A stretch of DNA of 64,000 nt from Myxococcota bacterium (GTDB lineage: Bacteria; Myxococcota_A; UBA796; SXON01): positions 32,001 to 96,000 of the forward strand of contig JAZKFH010000024.1 in assembly GCA_040386535.1 (NCBI GenBank). Direction: 5' to 3'. Of the stretch, positions 16,394 to 26,658 are shown one piece after another. Within the stretch, counting starts at the first letter, position 1. Every line of letters starts with the position of its first letter. The notes beneath the pieces were generated by a model. The model was not told where the DNA came from and did not search any database. It saw only the letters and a list, made by a program, of their open reading frames with translations. The position numbers and the translations under genes were made by a program.

Positions 16394-18787
16394 TTGCGGT
16401 TGACCCTCCTGCTCGCCCTCGTCGGCTGCGCCCAGTACCGCACGTACCCGCTGCTCACGCTCGAGGGGCCCGGCGCCGCCGCGCTCGAGCCCACCGGGGT
16501 GGCCGTGCTCTCGGACGGCAGCATCGTCGCAATCGCCGAGGGCGACGCGCGCGCCCTGCTCGTGCCCGTGCCCGACCGCGTCGAGGACCGGGGCAGCGCC
16601 CTCACCATCTTCCCCCTGACGGACGGGCGGGACGGGTGTGACGACCCCTCCTGCACCGCCCGCGCCTACCGTGCGAGCGTCCGCCTCCGCGAGCAGCCCA
16701 TCCGCTGGCTCCCGCGCGAGCGCCGCGTCAGCGCGCCCTACAACGTCCAGGATCTCGCCCCCTTCGGCCCCGAACGGGTGATGGGCGTCACCGAGTACAC
16801 GACGATCGGCCGCCGCACCGGCTACCAGAAGGACTTCGTCGCCCGCCCGCGCCAGCAGACCGAGCGCCTGTTCGTGCTCGAGCGCCAGGGCGACGCGTGG
16901 CAGGAGGTCGAGGTCCCCGAGATCGAGGCGCTGCGCGGCGCCTTGTCGGACTGGGGCCGCGCCAATTGCGACGGGGACATGCTGGTCGAGGGCCTCGCGT
17001 GGGATCCCGCCGGCGAGCGCGTCTACGTGGGGCTCCGCCGCTGTGGCGGGCCGGTCGCGCGGGTGCTCGGCTGGAACCTCGGGAGCGCGCGGCTCGGCCG
17101 GGCCACCGATCTCGTGGTCGTGGCTGACGGCGTCGCCGGCGCCGAGACCGGGCCCGAGGAGGGCGTGAGCGGCCTCTGTTTCGCCGAGGGCAAGCTCTGG
17201 GCGCTCACCGCCTGGGACTCCTACGGCTACGACGTCGAGCCGGCCTTCGGCGGGCGCCTGCACGAGGTGCACGACGGCGCGCTCCACCCGGTCGATCTCC
17301 CGGGCCCCTTCGTCGACCGTCCCGCCGCCCTCGCGGTCCTCGACTCCGGCAATCGCCGCGCGGGCCTCGACGCGATCGTGCTGTTCGACAACGACGCCGA
17401 TTCGCGCTCCCGCCCCGATCTGACCGTGCTCCAGGCCCGCACGCCGCGCCCCCGCGACGAGCGCTACGCCGAGCTGGTCGACATCCAGGAGCAGCCCGAT
17501 CCGCTCCCGCTCGGCCTCAACGGCTTCGACTTCCGCTGGTGGGTGCGCGACCACCGCCTCGGCCACCTCGCCGCCGTGCTCGACCGCAAGTTCAACGCCA
17601 GCGGGGGGAGCACGTTCGGCGCGTGGACCCGCGCGCTCGGCGGGCTCTGGCAGATCCGGGTGGGCGGGAGCGCCGGCCTCGCGAGCCGGTGGCTCCCCGG
17701 CAGCGCGCGAATCGGCCACAACAAGCAGGCCGTGGCGTTCACCGACTATTCGAAGACCGGGCTGAAGTTCACCCGCTACCGCGCCCGGATCTCCGTCATC
17801 CCGCGCGACCGCATCCGCCGGGACGCCTCCGCGGCCGGCCTCCTCGGCGACAACCGCGAGGCGTGGCGCGTGACCGTGCAGCTCCCCGCGCCGGTCCCGG
17901 GCGCCGGCCTCGTGCTCCAGGGCTTCGAGATCGACACGTCCTCGCGCGCCGACCGCGGCATCTGCCTCGCCGCGATGGACCTCGGCGTGGACTGGCACTC
18001 CGACGCTCGCGACGCCGTCGACCTGCAGGCCACCCTCATCGGCGGCCTGTGCAACGACTTCGACTACCGCGGGCCCGACTACTTCCACGGGCTCACCACC
18101 GAGGTCGAGGGCGGCGTGCTCGTCACGCTCCACTACGCCGTCGTCGAGGGCGCGGAGAGCACGGCGTGGAGCATCGGGCTCTACGATCGTGACGTCCCGC
18201 GGCCCCCCGGCGAGCCCTCTGCTCCCGGCGAGCCGCCGGACCTGCGCGACGAGGCCTCGCGCGCCCACCTCCACTGCGCCCGCGTGTCGCCAGACGGGAC
18301 GGTGGCCCAGCTCCCGCGGCAGGCCGACGCCCCGCCGCCGGACTGGTTGTCGCAGGGCATGCTGCTCGACGGCACCGTCGGGGCCGGCGCCTCCTCGCTC
18401 CGCGGCTTCGCCATCGCCCTCGACCCCGCCGGCTTCGATCCGCTCACCGGGCCGCGCCCGCTCACCGAGGAGGAGTCGATGGACCGCAACAATTACATCT
18501 ACCGCTACCTCGTGCGCGCACTGCCCGACGCCGGCGGCACCTTCATCGAGGGCGGGATGACCCACGGCATCCACGCACGCGGCCCGATGCGCGACAACGC
18601 GCGGCCCTCCGCGCTCGCCCTCCGCGTCGACCTCACCAGCTTCCCCACGCTCCCCGGCGCCGTCGCGAACGACATCACCTGGCCGCGCCGCGCGGAGGAC
18701 CCCAACCTCCTCCCGGAAGACGGCTACGTGCGCTGGTCCCAGACCCACCCCGCCGAGCCGGAGCCGAAGTGTTCGCCGTCCTGGTGA
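16394..18787 (+). CDS. Large hypothetical lipoprotein (N-terminal region possibly a beta-propeller)
   Basis: Lipobox LVGC; 797-aa GC3-biased frame; blade-like motifs EPTGVAV, VEGLAWD, VSGLCF. Confidence 0.65.
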   Translation: MRLTLLLALVGCAQYRTYPLLTLEGPGAAALEPTGVAVLSDGSIVAIAEGDARALLVPVPDRVEDRGSALTIFPLTDGRDGCDDPSCTARAYRASVRLREQPIRWLPRERRVSAPYNVQDLAPFGPERVMGVTEYTTIGRRTGYQKDFVARPRQQTERLFVLERQGDAWQEVEVPEIEALRGALSDWGRANCDGDMLVEGLAWDPAGERVYVGLRRCGGPVARVLGWNLGSARLGRATDLVVVADGVAGAETGPEEGVSGLCFAEGKLWALTAWDSYGYDVEPAFGGRLHEVHDGALHPVDLPGPFVDRPAALAVLDSGNRRAGLDAIVLFDNDADSRSRPDLTVLQARTPRPRDERYAELVDIQEQPDPLPLGLNGFDFRWWVRDHRLGHLAAVLDRKFNASGGSTFGAWTRALGGLWQIRVGGSAGLASRWLPGSARIGHNKQAVAFTDYSKTGLKFTRYRARISVIPRDRIRRDASAAGLLGDNREAWRVTVQLPAPVPGAGLVLQGFEIDTSSRADRGICLAAMDLGVDWHSDARDAVDLQATLIGGLCNDFDYRGPDYFHGLTTEVEGGVLVTLHYAVVEGAESTAWSIGLYDRDVPRPPGEPSAPGEPPDLRDEASRAHLHCARVSPDGTVAQLPRQADAPPPDWLSQGMLLDGTVGAGASSLRGFAIALDPAGFDPLTGPRPLTEEESMDRNNYIYRYLVRALPDAGGTFIEGGMTHGIHARGPMRDNARPSALALRVDLTSFPTLPGAVANDITWPRRAEDPNLLPEDGYVRWSQTHPAEPEPKCSPSW

Positions 18788-19926
18788 TCGCCGCGCTCCT
18801 GGCCCCCGCGCACGCGCAGGAGCCGCCGACCATCACGTGGACGCCGATCCTCGAGGTGCGGCAGCGCCTGTACGTCGCGGACGGCGACCTCGGCGACGAC
18901 CAGGAGACCAGCCGCGCCGTGGCCCAACGCGCCCGCCTCGGCTTCGGCGTGCGCCGCCTCGGCGTCTCCGCCCGCGTCAGCTTCCAGGACGTGCGCAAGT
19001 GGACCGCCACCAGCGACGTCGCCGCGCCCCCGGCCTTCCTCCCGAGCATCGCGGAGGGGTGGGTGCGCCTGGAGGGTGACCTCACGCGCAACGTCGGCGC
19101 GATCGCGACGATCGGCCGCCAGCCGCTCTCGCTCCACGAGGGCCGGATCCTGGGCGAGGACAACTTCTCGCCCGAGGGCCAGTTCTTCGATGCCGTGCGG
19201 CTCGTGGGCCGCCTCTCGCCCCTCACGGTCGAGTACGTGAACGCGCGGCGGTTCCTCGATCCCGAGGCCGAGCCGCTCGGCTTCGGCGTCAACGTGTTCC
19301 GCGTCGGCGCGAGCGGCGAGAACCCCGTCACCGCCTGGACCGCCGATGCCGTGTGGGTCGTGGACGCGCGGCGCACCACCGAGACCACCTCGACCGGCGG
19401 GGCGTGGCTCCGCTTCGACACCGGGCGTTGGCGCGGGCGCGCCGAGGGGTACCTCCAGTCGAGCACCGCGGGGACCGCCACCCTGCTCGCGCTCTCGGCC
19501 GGCTGGGTGTTCGGCCCGAACGAGCGGCTCGTCGTCTTCGCGCGGTACGACGGCCTCTCCGGCGAACGTTCGCCCGAGCCCGGAGGCCTCACCGCGTGGC
19601 AGCCCGTGCTCGGGGACAGCCGGCGTTTCAACGGCCTCCTCGGCCGCTTCGCCGAGCCCGGCGACAGCGACAATCGCGGGCTCTCCGACGCCCACCTCGT
19701 CGTCGAGGCGAGGCCCGCGCCGCAGGTCGCCACGACGCTCGCGATGCATCGTTTCTGGAGCCCCCTGGACGGTGGCGGGTTCGGAAGCGAGATCGACGGG
19801 ACCGCGCGCTGGACCTTCTCGCCGTTCGCCGCCGCCGCGCTCGGTGGAGCCTGGTTCGCCCCGGACGCCACCGCGGACGACACCCACCGCCTCTTCGCCT
19901 ACCTGGAGCTCGATGTCGCGTTTTGA
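18769..19926 (+). CDS. Outer-membrane beta-barrel, alginate-export-like
   Basis: Signal peptide AHA-Q; QRARLG, FQDVRKW, IGRQ, FDAVR, GSEID; C-terminal YLELDVAF. Confidence 0.7.
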   Translation: MFAVLVIAALLAPAHAQEPPTITWTPILEVRQRLYVADGDLGDDQETSRAVAQRARLGFGVRRLGVSARVSFQDVRKWTATSDVAAPPAFLPSIAEGWVRLEGDLTRNVGAIATIGRQPLSLHEGRILGEDNFSPEGQFFDAVRLVGRLSPLTVEYVNARRFLDPEAEPLGFGVNVFRVGASGENPVTAWTADAVWVVDARRTTETTSTGGAWLRFDTGRWRGRAEGYLQSSTAGTATLLALSAGWVFGPNERLVVFARYDGLSGERSPEPGGLTAWQPVLGDSRRFNGLLGRFAEPGDSDNRGLSDAHLVVEARPAPQVATTLAMHRFWSPLDGGGFGSEIDGTARWTFSPFAAAALGGAWFAPDATADDTHRLFAYLELDVAF

Positions 19927-20818
19927 AACCCCCCGCCCTCCGGCCAGGCGGGCCGTGAAGCCCGAGCCCGCGGACGAGCCGGGCGTGTGGGGCGAGGTCA
20001 TCGAGATGGTCGGCAAGCGCGTGCGCGTGCGTCTCGACCCGTCGGACTCGGGAGAAGGCGGCGAGCACGTCTTCCCCGTGCGCGCCAAGGTCGCCATCTC
20101 GGACCGTGTGCGTGTGCATGACGGCGCGGTCGTCGCCTTCGAGCCGCGCTCGGCCGAGCTGATGCGCAGCGGCCTGCACAAGACCCAGGTGGTGTGCGCC
20201 AACGCGTCGATGCTGGTGATGGTCGTGGCCGCGCGCGAGCCGCCGTTCCGTGCCGGCCTCATCGACCGCGTGCTGGTCGCCGCGGGCGCCGCGGGCATGA
20301 AGGCCTCGATCGTGCTGAACAAGTGCGACCAGGGCATGCCCTCGGAGGTGCTCGAGAAGCTCGCCCGCTACGAGGCGCTCGGGTACCCGATCTTCCTCGT
20401 CTCGGCGCTCCAGAAGAAGGGGCTCGACGAGCTCACGGCGATGCTCTCGCAGCACACGAGCGTGTTCGTGGGGCACTCGGGCGTCGGCAAGACATCCCTG
20501 CTCCAAGTCATCGTGCCCGGCGTGGTGCGCGACATCGGCGTGCTCGACCAGTGGGGCCGCGGCCGCCACACCACGATCGCGGCGGTGCGCTTCGATCTGC
20601 CCGGCGGTGGGCGCGTCATCGACGTGCCGGGCGTGCGCGAGTTCGGCCTCGAGCACATCGACCGCGAGAACCTGCACCGCTACTTCCCCGAGCTCGCGGA
20701 GCTGCGGTGCAAGTTCCGCGACTGCATGCACATGGGCGAGGACGGCTGCCTCGCCGAGGACGCATGCACCGAGGAGCGCCTCGAGAGCTACCAGAAGCTG
20801 GTGGAAGAGCTGGTCTGA
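19913..20818 (+). CDS. rsgA: Ribosome small subunit-dependent GTPase A
   Basis: LNKCD, GHSGVGKTS, GRGRHTT, IDVPGVREF, CKFRDCMHMGEDGC zinc finger; start uncertain. Confidence 0.92.
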   Translation: MSRFETPRPPARRAVKPEPADEPGVWGEVIEMVGKRVRVRLDPSDSGEGGEHVFPVRAKVAISDRVRVHDGAVVAFEPRSAELMRSGLHKTQVVCANASMLVMVVAAREPPFRAGLIDRVLVAAGAAGMKASIVLNKCDQGMPSEVLEKLARYEALGYPIFLVSALQKKGLDELTAMLSQHTSVFVGHSGVGKTSLLQVIVPGVVRDIGVLDQWGRGRHTTIAAVRFDLPGGGRVIDVPGVREFGLEHIDRENLHRYFPELAELRCKFRDCMHMGEDGCLAEDACTEERLESYQKLVEELV

Positions 20819-20841
20819 AGGCAGGGAAGCAGGCCGGCTTC

Positions 20842-20861
20842 GCGGGCGCTGACGCGCCCGC
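20842..20861. terminator. Hairpin between convergent rsgA and sucB
   Basis: GCGGGCGC-TGAC-GCGCCCGC perfect inverted repeat. Confidence 0.45.
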
Positions 20862-20885
20862 ATCGCCGGAGGTTTTTCCCCGCGG

Positions 20886-22106
20886 TCAGATCTCCAGCAA
20901 CATCCGCTCGGGCGCCTCGATGCACTCCTTGATGCGCACCAGGAAGCTCACGGCCTCGCGCCCGTCGAGCAGGCGGTGGTCGTAGGAGACCGCGAGGTAC
21001 ATCATCGGGCGGATGACGATCTGATCGTCGATCACGACGGCGCGCTTCTGGATGGCGTGCATCCCGAGGATCGCGACCTGCGGCGGGTTCAGGATCGGCG
21101 TGCTCATCATCGAGCCGAAGATGCCGCCGTTGCTGATCGTGAAGGTGCCACCCTGCAGATCGTCGACCGAGAGCGCGTTGTCGCGCGCCTTCTGGCCGTA
21201 CTCGGCGATGACCTGCTCGGTCTCCGCGAAGGAGAGCTGGTCGGCGTGACGCACCACCGGCACCACGAGCCCGCGCGGCCCGCTGACCGCGACACCCACG
21301 TGGTAGTAGTGCTTGTAGACGATGTCCGTGCCGCGGATCTCGGCGTTCGCGGAGGGGAACGCTTTGAGCGCCTCGACCGCGGCCTTCGCGAAGAAGCCCA
21401 TGAAGCCGAGCTTGATTCCGTACTTCTTGACGAAGCGGTCCTGGTAGCGCTCGCGCAGCGCCATGACCGCGCTCATGTCGACCTCGTTGAAGGTCGTGAG
21501 GATCGCGGCGTTCTGTTGCGCCTCGACCAGCCGCTGCGCGATCTTCTTGCGCAGGTTGGTCATCGGCACGATCTCGATCGGCTCGTCGCCGACGGGCTCC
21601 GCCACGCTGCCCTGACGGGCGGCAGCGGCGTCGACGTCGGCGCGGGTCACCCGGCCGCCCTTGCCGCTGCCGGGCACGGTCTCGACGCCGGCGTCGCGCA
21701 TGGCCTTGCGCACGGCGGGGCCGGCGGGCGCCGCCTTGCCGGACGATGCTGCCGCGGGCGTGGCGGTGGCCTTGGCCGAGGGCGAGGCCACCGGAGCCGC
21801 GCTCTTCGGGGTCTCGCCCTTCGGCGCCACGGCGGCGCTCGCCGCGGGCGCGGCCACCTCGGGCGCCTGGCCCGGCGTGATGTGGGCGATCACCTGCCCG
21901 ACGGTCACCTCGTCCCCGGAGGCCGCGAGCTGATCGGCGAGCTGGCCGGCCGCCGGCGAGGGCAGCTCCACGCTGGCCTTGTCGCTGTCGAGCTCGACCA
22001 ACGACTCGTCTACCTTGACCCACTCACCCGGCTTCTTCAGCCAGCGCGCGATGGTCGCCGTCTTCACCGACTCGCCCATCGAGGGCACCCGAACGTCCAC
22101 GCTCAT
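20886..22106 (-). CDS. sucB: 2-oxoglutarate dehydrogenase E2 (dihydrolipoyl succinyltransferase)
   Basis: Lipoyl domain [14 protein letters not shown]3-binding [31 protein letters not shown]. Confidence 0.95.
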   Translation of the reverse strand: MSVDVRVPSMGESVKTATIARWLKKPGEWVKVDESLVELDSDKASVELPSPAAGQLADQLAASGDEVTVGQVIAHITPGQAPEVAAPAASAAVAPKGETPKSAAPVASPSAKATATPAAASSGKAAPAGPAVRKAMRDAGVETVPGSGKGGRVTRADVDAAAARQGSVAEPVGDEPIEIVPMTNLRKKIAQRLVEAQQNAAILTTFNEVDMSAVMALRERYQDRFVKKYGIKLGFMGFFAKAAVEALKAFPSANAEIRGTDIVYKHYYHVGVAVSGPRGLVVPVVRHADQLSFAETEQVIAEYGQKARDNALSVDDLQGGTFTISNGGIFGSMMSTPILNPPQVAILGMHAIQKRAVVIDDQIVIRPMMYLAVSYDHRLLDGREAVSFLVRIKECIEAPERMLLEI

Positions 22107-22189
22107 CGAGCCTCCGGACCGCCGGCCTATCGCGATGTGAGCCGGAGCGTCAGGCCTCTCTTCACGGCGCGCCCGTGATGGTCAGGGAG

Positions 22190-22771
22190 TCAAGCGCCCG
22201 CGCGGTGGAACGCGAACGAGATCCCGTCCCGCACGAGGTGTCGCAAGCGGCTCGCCGGGCGGCGCCACGCGGGAGAGTCGACCGGCCACGCGAGCGGCTC
22301 GAAGCCCACGTCCCGCGCGATCGCCAGGGCGCGCGCCATGTGGAACGGCTCGGTCACGATCCACACGCGGAGCACCTCGTTCGGCAGGATCCCCCGGCTG
22401 TTCAGCAGGTTGCTCTTCGTGTTGCGGCTCTTGTCCTCGATCGTGATGGCCGAATCGGGGACGCCCTTCGCGAGCAGGATCGATCGCGCCACCACGGCCT
22501 CGCCGGGCGGGTTCAGGTGGTGCGCCCCCGTCGTGACGATGCGCGGCGCGCCGCCCGCGTGGAACAACGCCGCGCCGGCCTCCGCCCGCGCCCGCAGGGA
22601 CCCCGAGGCCACGCCGCCGGGCAGCACCGTGGCGCCGAGCACGATGATCGCGTCGGCCGGGCCCTCCGCCGCGGGCAGCCGCGCGCCCGCCCACACCGCC
22701 TGGAACGCGGGCACGAGCTCCGACGCCGCGCGGAGCGGCAGGGCGGGATCCCAACGTCGCATCCGTTCCAT
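22190..22771 (-). CDS. YdcF/DUF218 (ElyC/SanA-like) family protein
   Basis: DAIIVLGA, EDKSRNTKSN, IVTEPFHMARA. Confidence 0.85.
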   Translation of the reverse strand: MERMRRWDPALPLRAASELVPAFQAVWAGARLPAAEGPADAIIVLGATVLPGGVASGSLRARAEAGAALFHAGGAPRIVTTGAHHLNPPGEAVVARSILLAKGVPDSAITIEDKSRNTKSNLLNSRGILPNEVLRVWIVTEPFHMARALAIARDVGFEPLAWPVDSPAWRRPASRLRHLVRDGISFAFHRAGA

Positions 22772-22820
22772 TTAGTCTGGTGCGCCCGTGCTCGCGGCGC
22801 CATCGCGATAGACGCGCCCC

Positions 22821-23390
22821 ATGTCCGCCAGCGAGCCCCTCGCGCTGTTCGTCGCGTGCCTGGTGAGCGGCCTGCTGGTGCCGCTCCCGGAGGACGTGGC
22901 GCTGCTCGTGGCGGGCTGGCAGGTCAACGTCAGCGAGCTCTCGCTCTCCGCGGCCCTGCTCGCCGGCTTCGCGGGCACCCTCGGCCGGGACCTGATCGCC
23001 TTCGGCCTCGGCGCGCTCGTCGGGCCGCGGCTCGAGCGCCTCCCCCGCGTCCGCCGCGTGCTCGGCGAGGCGCGGCTGGCCCGCGCCCACGCGCTCTTCG
23101 AGCAGAAGGGCAATCGCATGTTGTTTCTCACACGGTTCGCCGTCGGCCTGCGCGCGCCGCTCTACTTCGTGGGCGGCTCGCTCGCGTTTCCGGTGCGCCG
23201 GTTCCTGCTCCTCGACGCGCTGGGCCTCGTGTTGACCGTGCCGGTCACGCTCTGGCTCGGCCACACCTTCGGCGAGGGCGCCGCCTCCGCGCTCGAAGTC
23301 GCGCTCGCGCACCAGCGCGTAGTGCTCGGGTGCGTCGTCATCGCGGGGTTGTCGTGGTGGCTCGTGCAGCGCGTGCGCGCGCGGGCCTGA
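22821..23390 (+). CDS. DedA family membrane protein
   Basis: PLPEDVALLVAG, GRDLIAFGLG, TRFAVGLR, FLLLDAL. Confidence 0.85.
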   Translation: MSASEPLALFVACLVSGLLVPLPEDVALLVAGWQVNVSELSLSAALLAGFAGTLGRDLIAFGLGALVGPRLERLPRVRRVLGEARLARAHALFEQKGNRMLFLTRFAVGLRAPLYFVGGSLAFPVRRFLLLDALGLVLTVPVTLWLGHTFGEGAASALEVALAHQRVVLGCVVIAGLSWWLVQRVRARA

Positions 23391-23418
23391 CGCGGCTTCG
23401 AGGGCGGCTTCGAGGGGG

Positions 23419-24045
23419 TCAGCGGCGGCGGCGGCCCACGGCGAACAGCGCCACGAGCCCGCTCGTGAAGAGGCCCGTGGTCCCGACGGAACCCACCGCG
23501 CAGCCCCACATGCCCGGTGGCTTCTTGGCGGGGGAGGGGGGCAGCAGCGTGTCCTCCGTGAGAACCGTGACCGTCGGCGCGAGCCGCACCGCGGGGTCGA
23601 CGATCTCGAGGTTGGCGCGATCGATGGGGCGCAGCCGCCCGTCCGTGTAGTTCTGCATCGGCGCGTACCACGGGAGCTGCGCGAAGACGGCGGCGTGTTC
23701 GGGCGAGGGCGAGGCACGCCCCCGGCGCGCGCGGATGCCGTCCCCCAACAGACGCCGATCGCCGGGCGAGAGCCGGGCGATGTCGTCCGGATCCATGGGG
23801 CCGTCCGCACGTTCGAGCAGCCACAACACCAGGGCGCGCGTGAGGCGGTTGTGCTCCCCGAGTGGATCCTTGTCGATCTCGGCCAGCAACAGATCCTTGC
23901 CGGTGTCGGCCTGCGATACGCACAGGTAGTCCTCCCGCGCGCCGTTCTCCGGGAGTGCCGCCACGCTCGTCGCGGGATCACACGCCGGTGTCGTCGGCGA
24001 TGTCGGCGCGGCCGCCACGGCCAGCCCCACGAGGAGGAGGCTCAT
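23419..24045 (-). CDS. Exported YARHG-like domain protein with a MYXO-CTERM-like tail
   Basis: Start MSLLLVG coupled to the glpK stop. IRARRG...VFAQLPWYAP...LRPIDRANLEIV; C-terminus GC + Gly/Ser + TM + RRRR. Confidence 0.6.
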   Translation of the reverse strand: MSLLLVGLAVAAAPTSPTTPACDPATSVAALPENGAREDYLCVSQADTGKDLLLAEIDKDPLGEHNRLTRALVLWLLERADGPMDPDDIARLSPGDRRLLGDGIRARRGRASPSPEHAAVFAQLPWYAPMQNYTDGRLRPIDRANLEIVDPAVRLAPTVTVLTEDTLLPPSPAKKPPGMWGCAVGSVGTTGLFTSGLVALFAVGRRRR

Positions 24046-25508
24046 GCCTTCGCCACCGCGGCGGTCCACACGGCGAGCCGCTCGCTCCGCGTCGTCGGGT
24101 CCATGCCGGGGGTGAACCGGCGATCCTCAGCCCAGGCGGCCTGCACGGCGTCCGGCGAGGGCCAGAAGCCGACGCCGAGGCCGGCGAGGTAGGCGGCGCC
24201 CATCGCGGTGGTCTCGAGGTTGGTGGGGCGCACGCAGGGCACTCCGAGCACGTCCGCCTGGAACTGCATGAGCAGATCGTTGCGCGCCGCGCCGCCGTCC
24301 ACCCGGAGCTCGGCTAGCGGCCGCTCCGCGTCCCCCGCCATGGCGATGAGGATGTCGGTGATCTGCAACGCGACGCCCTCGAGCACGGCGCGGGCGATGT
24401 GGGCGCGCGTGGTGCCGCGCGTGAGCCCGGAGAGCACGCCGCGCGCGTCGGGGCGCCAGTGGGGGGCGCCGAGCCCGGCGAGCGCAGGGACGAACACGAC
24501 GCCCGCCGCGTCGGGGACACTGGCGGCGAGCGCCTCGACCTCGGCGCTGGACGAGAAGAACCCGAGGCCGTCCCGCAGCCACTGGACGGCCGCGCCGGCG
24601 ATGAACGCGCTGCCTTCGAGCGCGTAGCTGACCTCGCCGCCGAGCCGCCACGCCACGGTCGTGAGGAGCCCGTTCGCGGAGGCCACGGCGGCCGTGCCGG
24701 TGTTCAGGAGCACGAAGGCGCCGGTGCCGTAGGTGCACTTCGCCATGCCCGGGCCGAAGCAGGCCTGCCCGAAGAGGGCGGACTGTTGATCCCCCGCGAG
24801 CCCGGCCACGGGGATGCCGTCGGGCAGGAAGCCGACGCCGCGGGTCACGCCGAACACGCCCGAATTGTCGACCACGCGCGGCAGGCAGGCCATCGGCACG
24901 CCGAAGAGGGCGCAGAGCTCCTCGTCCCACGCCATGCGGTGGATGTCGAACAGGAGCGTGCGGGAGGCGTTCGACGGGTCGGTGACGTGCTCACCGGTCA
25001 GCTTCCAGGCCACGAAGCTGTCGATCGTGCCGAACAGGAGCGCGCCGCTGGTGGCGGCGTCCCGCACGCCCGGCACGTGCTCCAGCACCCACTCCGCCTT
25101 GGTGGCGGAGAAGTACGGGTCGATGACGAGGCCGGTGCGCGCCCGGATCGTGTCCTCCCACCCCTCGGCGCGCAGGCCCTCGCAGCGGGCGGCGGTGCGG
25201 CGGTCCTGCCAGACGAGCGCGCGATGCGCCGCCCGACCGCTCGTGCCGCTCCAGAACAGGCTGGTCTCCCGCTGGTTCGTGATGCCGATGGCGGCGATGC
25301 GCGCGGGGTCGATGCCGTGGAGCACGTTCGTCACCGCGCGCTCGATCGAGGTCCAGATGTCGCCCGGCTCGTGCTCGACGAGCCCCGGCGCCGGGAAGTG
25401 GTTGAGGAACTCGACGTTCCGCGAGGCCACGATGCGGCTGCCCGCGTCCATGAGGACGGCGGTCGTTCCCGTGGTGCCTTGGTCGATGGCGAGGACGAGG
25501 TCCGACAT
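24042..25508 (-). CDS. glpK: Glycerol kinase
   Basis: LAIDQGTTGT, GITNQRET, WQDRRT, DPYFSATK, AGDQQSALFGQ, KCTYGTG, RVDGGA. Confidence 0.97.
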   Translation of the reverse strand: MSDLVLAIDQGTTGTTAVLMDAGSRIVASRNVEFLNHFPAPGLVEHEPGDIWTSIERAVTNVLHGIDPARIAAIGITNQRETSLFWSGTSGRAAHRALVWQDRRTAARCEGLRAEGWEDTIRARTGLVIDPYFSATKAEWVLEHVPGVRDAATSGALLFGTIDSFVAWKLTGEHVTDPSNASRTLLFDIHRMAWDEELCALFGVPMACLPRVVDNSGVFGVTRGVGFLPDGIPVAGLAGDQQSALFGQACFGPGMAKCTYGTGAFVLLNTGTAAVASANGLLTTVAWRLGGEVSYALEGSAFIAGAAVQWLRDGLGFFSSSAEVEALAASVPDAAGVVFVPALAGLGAPHWRPDARGVLSGLTRGTTRAHIARAVLEGVALQITDILIAMAGDAERPLAELRVDGGAARNDLLMQFQADVLGVPCVRPTNLETTAMGAAYLAGLGVGFWPSPDAVQAAWAEDRRFTPGMDPTTRSERLAVWTAAVAKA

Positions 25509-25603
25509 CTGGTTTTCCCGGAGGGCCGAAGGTATCGAATCGGCCCGGGATTTGCGACCCCCCCTCCCACGGTGCTATCAACCTGTCGATCACGGGGTTC
25601 GCC

Positions 25604-26230
25604 ATGCTGCTCTCTCTCGCCCTCCTCACCGCTTGCGACGGCGATGGGCCGAAATTCCCAGGCACCAAGATGTCGCCCTTCTTTCCGATGGATGGTGCCC
25701 GCCAGGCCGAGTACGTCAACGAGGACCCAACGGGCACGCCCTGGATCCTCATGGTCGAGAAGATCGAGCCCGTCGAGCGGGTGGACGATGAGGACGTCGT
25801 CACGTTCGAGTGGACGCGGGAGGACACCGGCGAGCTCGTCGGCGCGGTGAAGTGGTCGTCCTCGAGCGGGAACGGCATCAAGATCCACGGGTACTCCGAA
25901 GGCACGGGAGACTTCGTCACGTTCGACACGCCCGTGCTCATGACGGACGACGACGATCTGATGCTCCGCGACGAGTCGGTCACGACGGAGACCAACGGCT
26001 ACGTCTTCACCGCCACCTACATCGGCCCCGAGGACTGCCCGGTGAATTGGGGCCTCGAGTGGGAGGACTGTGCCCACATCCGCCTGGACGACGGGGACGG
26101 TGACGACATGACCGGCCCCATCTTCGCGGGCGACTACTGGCTCGTGCAGCGCTACGGCCCCGCGTGGATGCAGCTCACCGGCTACACCGAGAAGTGGAAC
26201 CTCTCCCACTACGACTGGGACGGCGAGTAG
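25604..26230 (+). CDS. Hypothetical acidic lipoprotein
   Basis: Lipobox LTAC; clean GC3-biased frame. Confidence 0.75.
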   Translation: MLLSLALLTACDGDGPKFPGTKMSPFFPMDGARQAEYVNEDPTGTPWILMVEKIEPVERVDDEDVVTFEWTREDTGELVGAVKWSSSSGNGIKIHGYSEGTGDFVTFDTPVLMTDDDDLMLRDESVTTETNGYVFTATYIGPEDCPVNWGLEWEDCAHIRLDDGDGDDMTGPIFAGDYWLVQRYGPAWMQLTGYTEKWNLSHYDWDGE

Positions 26231-26658
26231 TGATCGCCGCGCCGCGCACCGCCCGGCATCCGGGGTGGCTCGCGGCGTTCGGGGCGGCCGCGCTCGGCGG
26301 CTGCGCACGTGAAACCTACGACGTCGCCGATCTGCAGCTCGACGTCGTCGCGCCGCTCCCCGCCGGCGCCGAGGTCATCCGCGTCTGCGTGTCGGACCAC
26401 GGCACCTTGGAGCGCGGCGCCGGCAACGGGCGGGTCCCCTTCCCGGGGCTCCGCGCCGGCGAGGCGGTCGAGGTCTCGCTCGACGTCTACGACGCCGACG
26501 GCCTCCTCCTCGCGTCGGCCGGGCCCGCCCCCCTCGACGGGGAGAGCCCCTACGGCACCACCGCGCTGCTGGCCCCTGGCACCCCCTGCGTCGCGAACGG
26601 CGCGCTCGCCCGTGAGGACGCCGAGTCCTGGCTCCTCGCCTTGAGGTTCGAAGAGTGA
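26230..26658 (+). CDS. Hypothetical lipoprotein
   Basis: GTG overlapping the upstream TAG; lipobox LGGC. Confidence 0.65.
   Translation: MIAAPRTARHPGWLAAFGAAALGGCARETYDVADLQLDVVAPLPAGAEVIRVCVSDHGTLERGAGNGRVPFPGLRAGEAVEVSLDVYDADGLLLASAGPAPLDGESPYGTTALLAPGTPCVANGALAREDAESWLLALRFEE

Noticed and set aside
15515..18748. Long Arg/Gly/Pro-rich ORFs (also 47937-51899, 39069-41309, 26954-29386, 5195-7810)
   Set aside because: Shadow frames typical of high-GC DNA, overlapping better-supported genes.
20817..20834. GAAGGCAGGGAAGCAGG as another copy of the 13.5-kb repeat arm
   Set aside because: Too short and lacks a complementary arm; may be chance.
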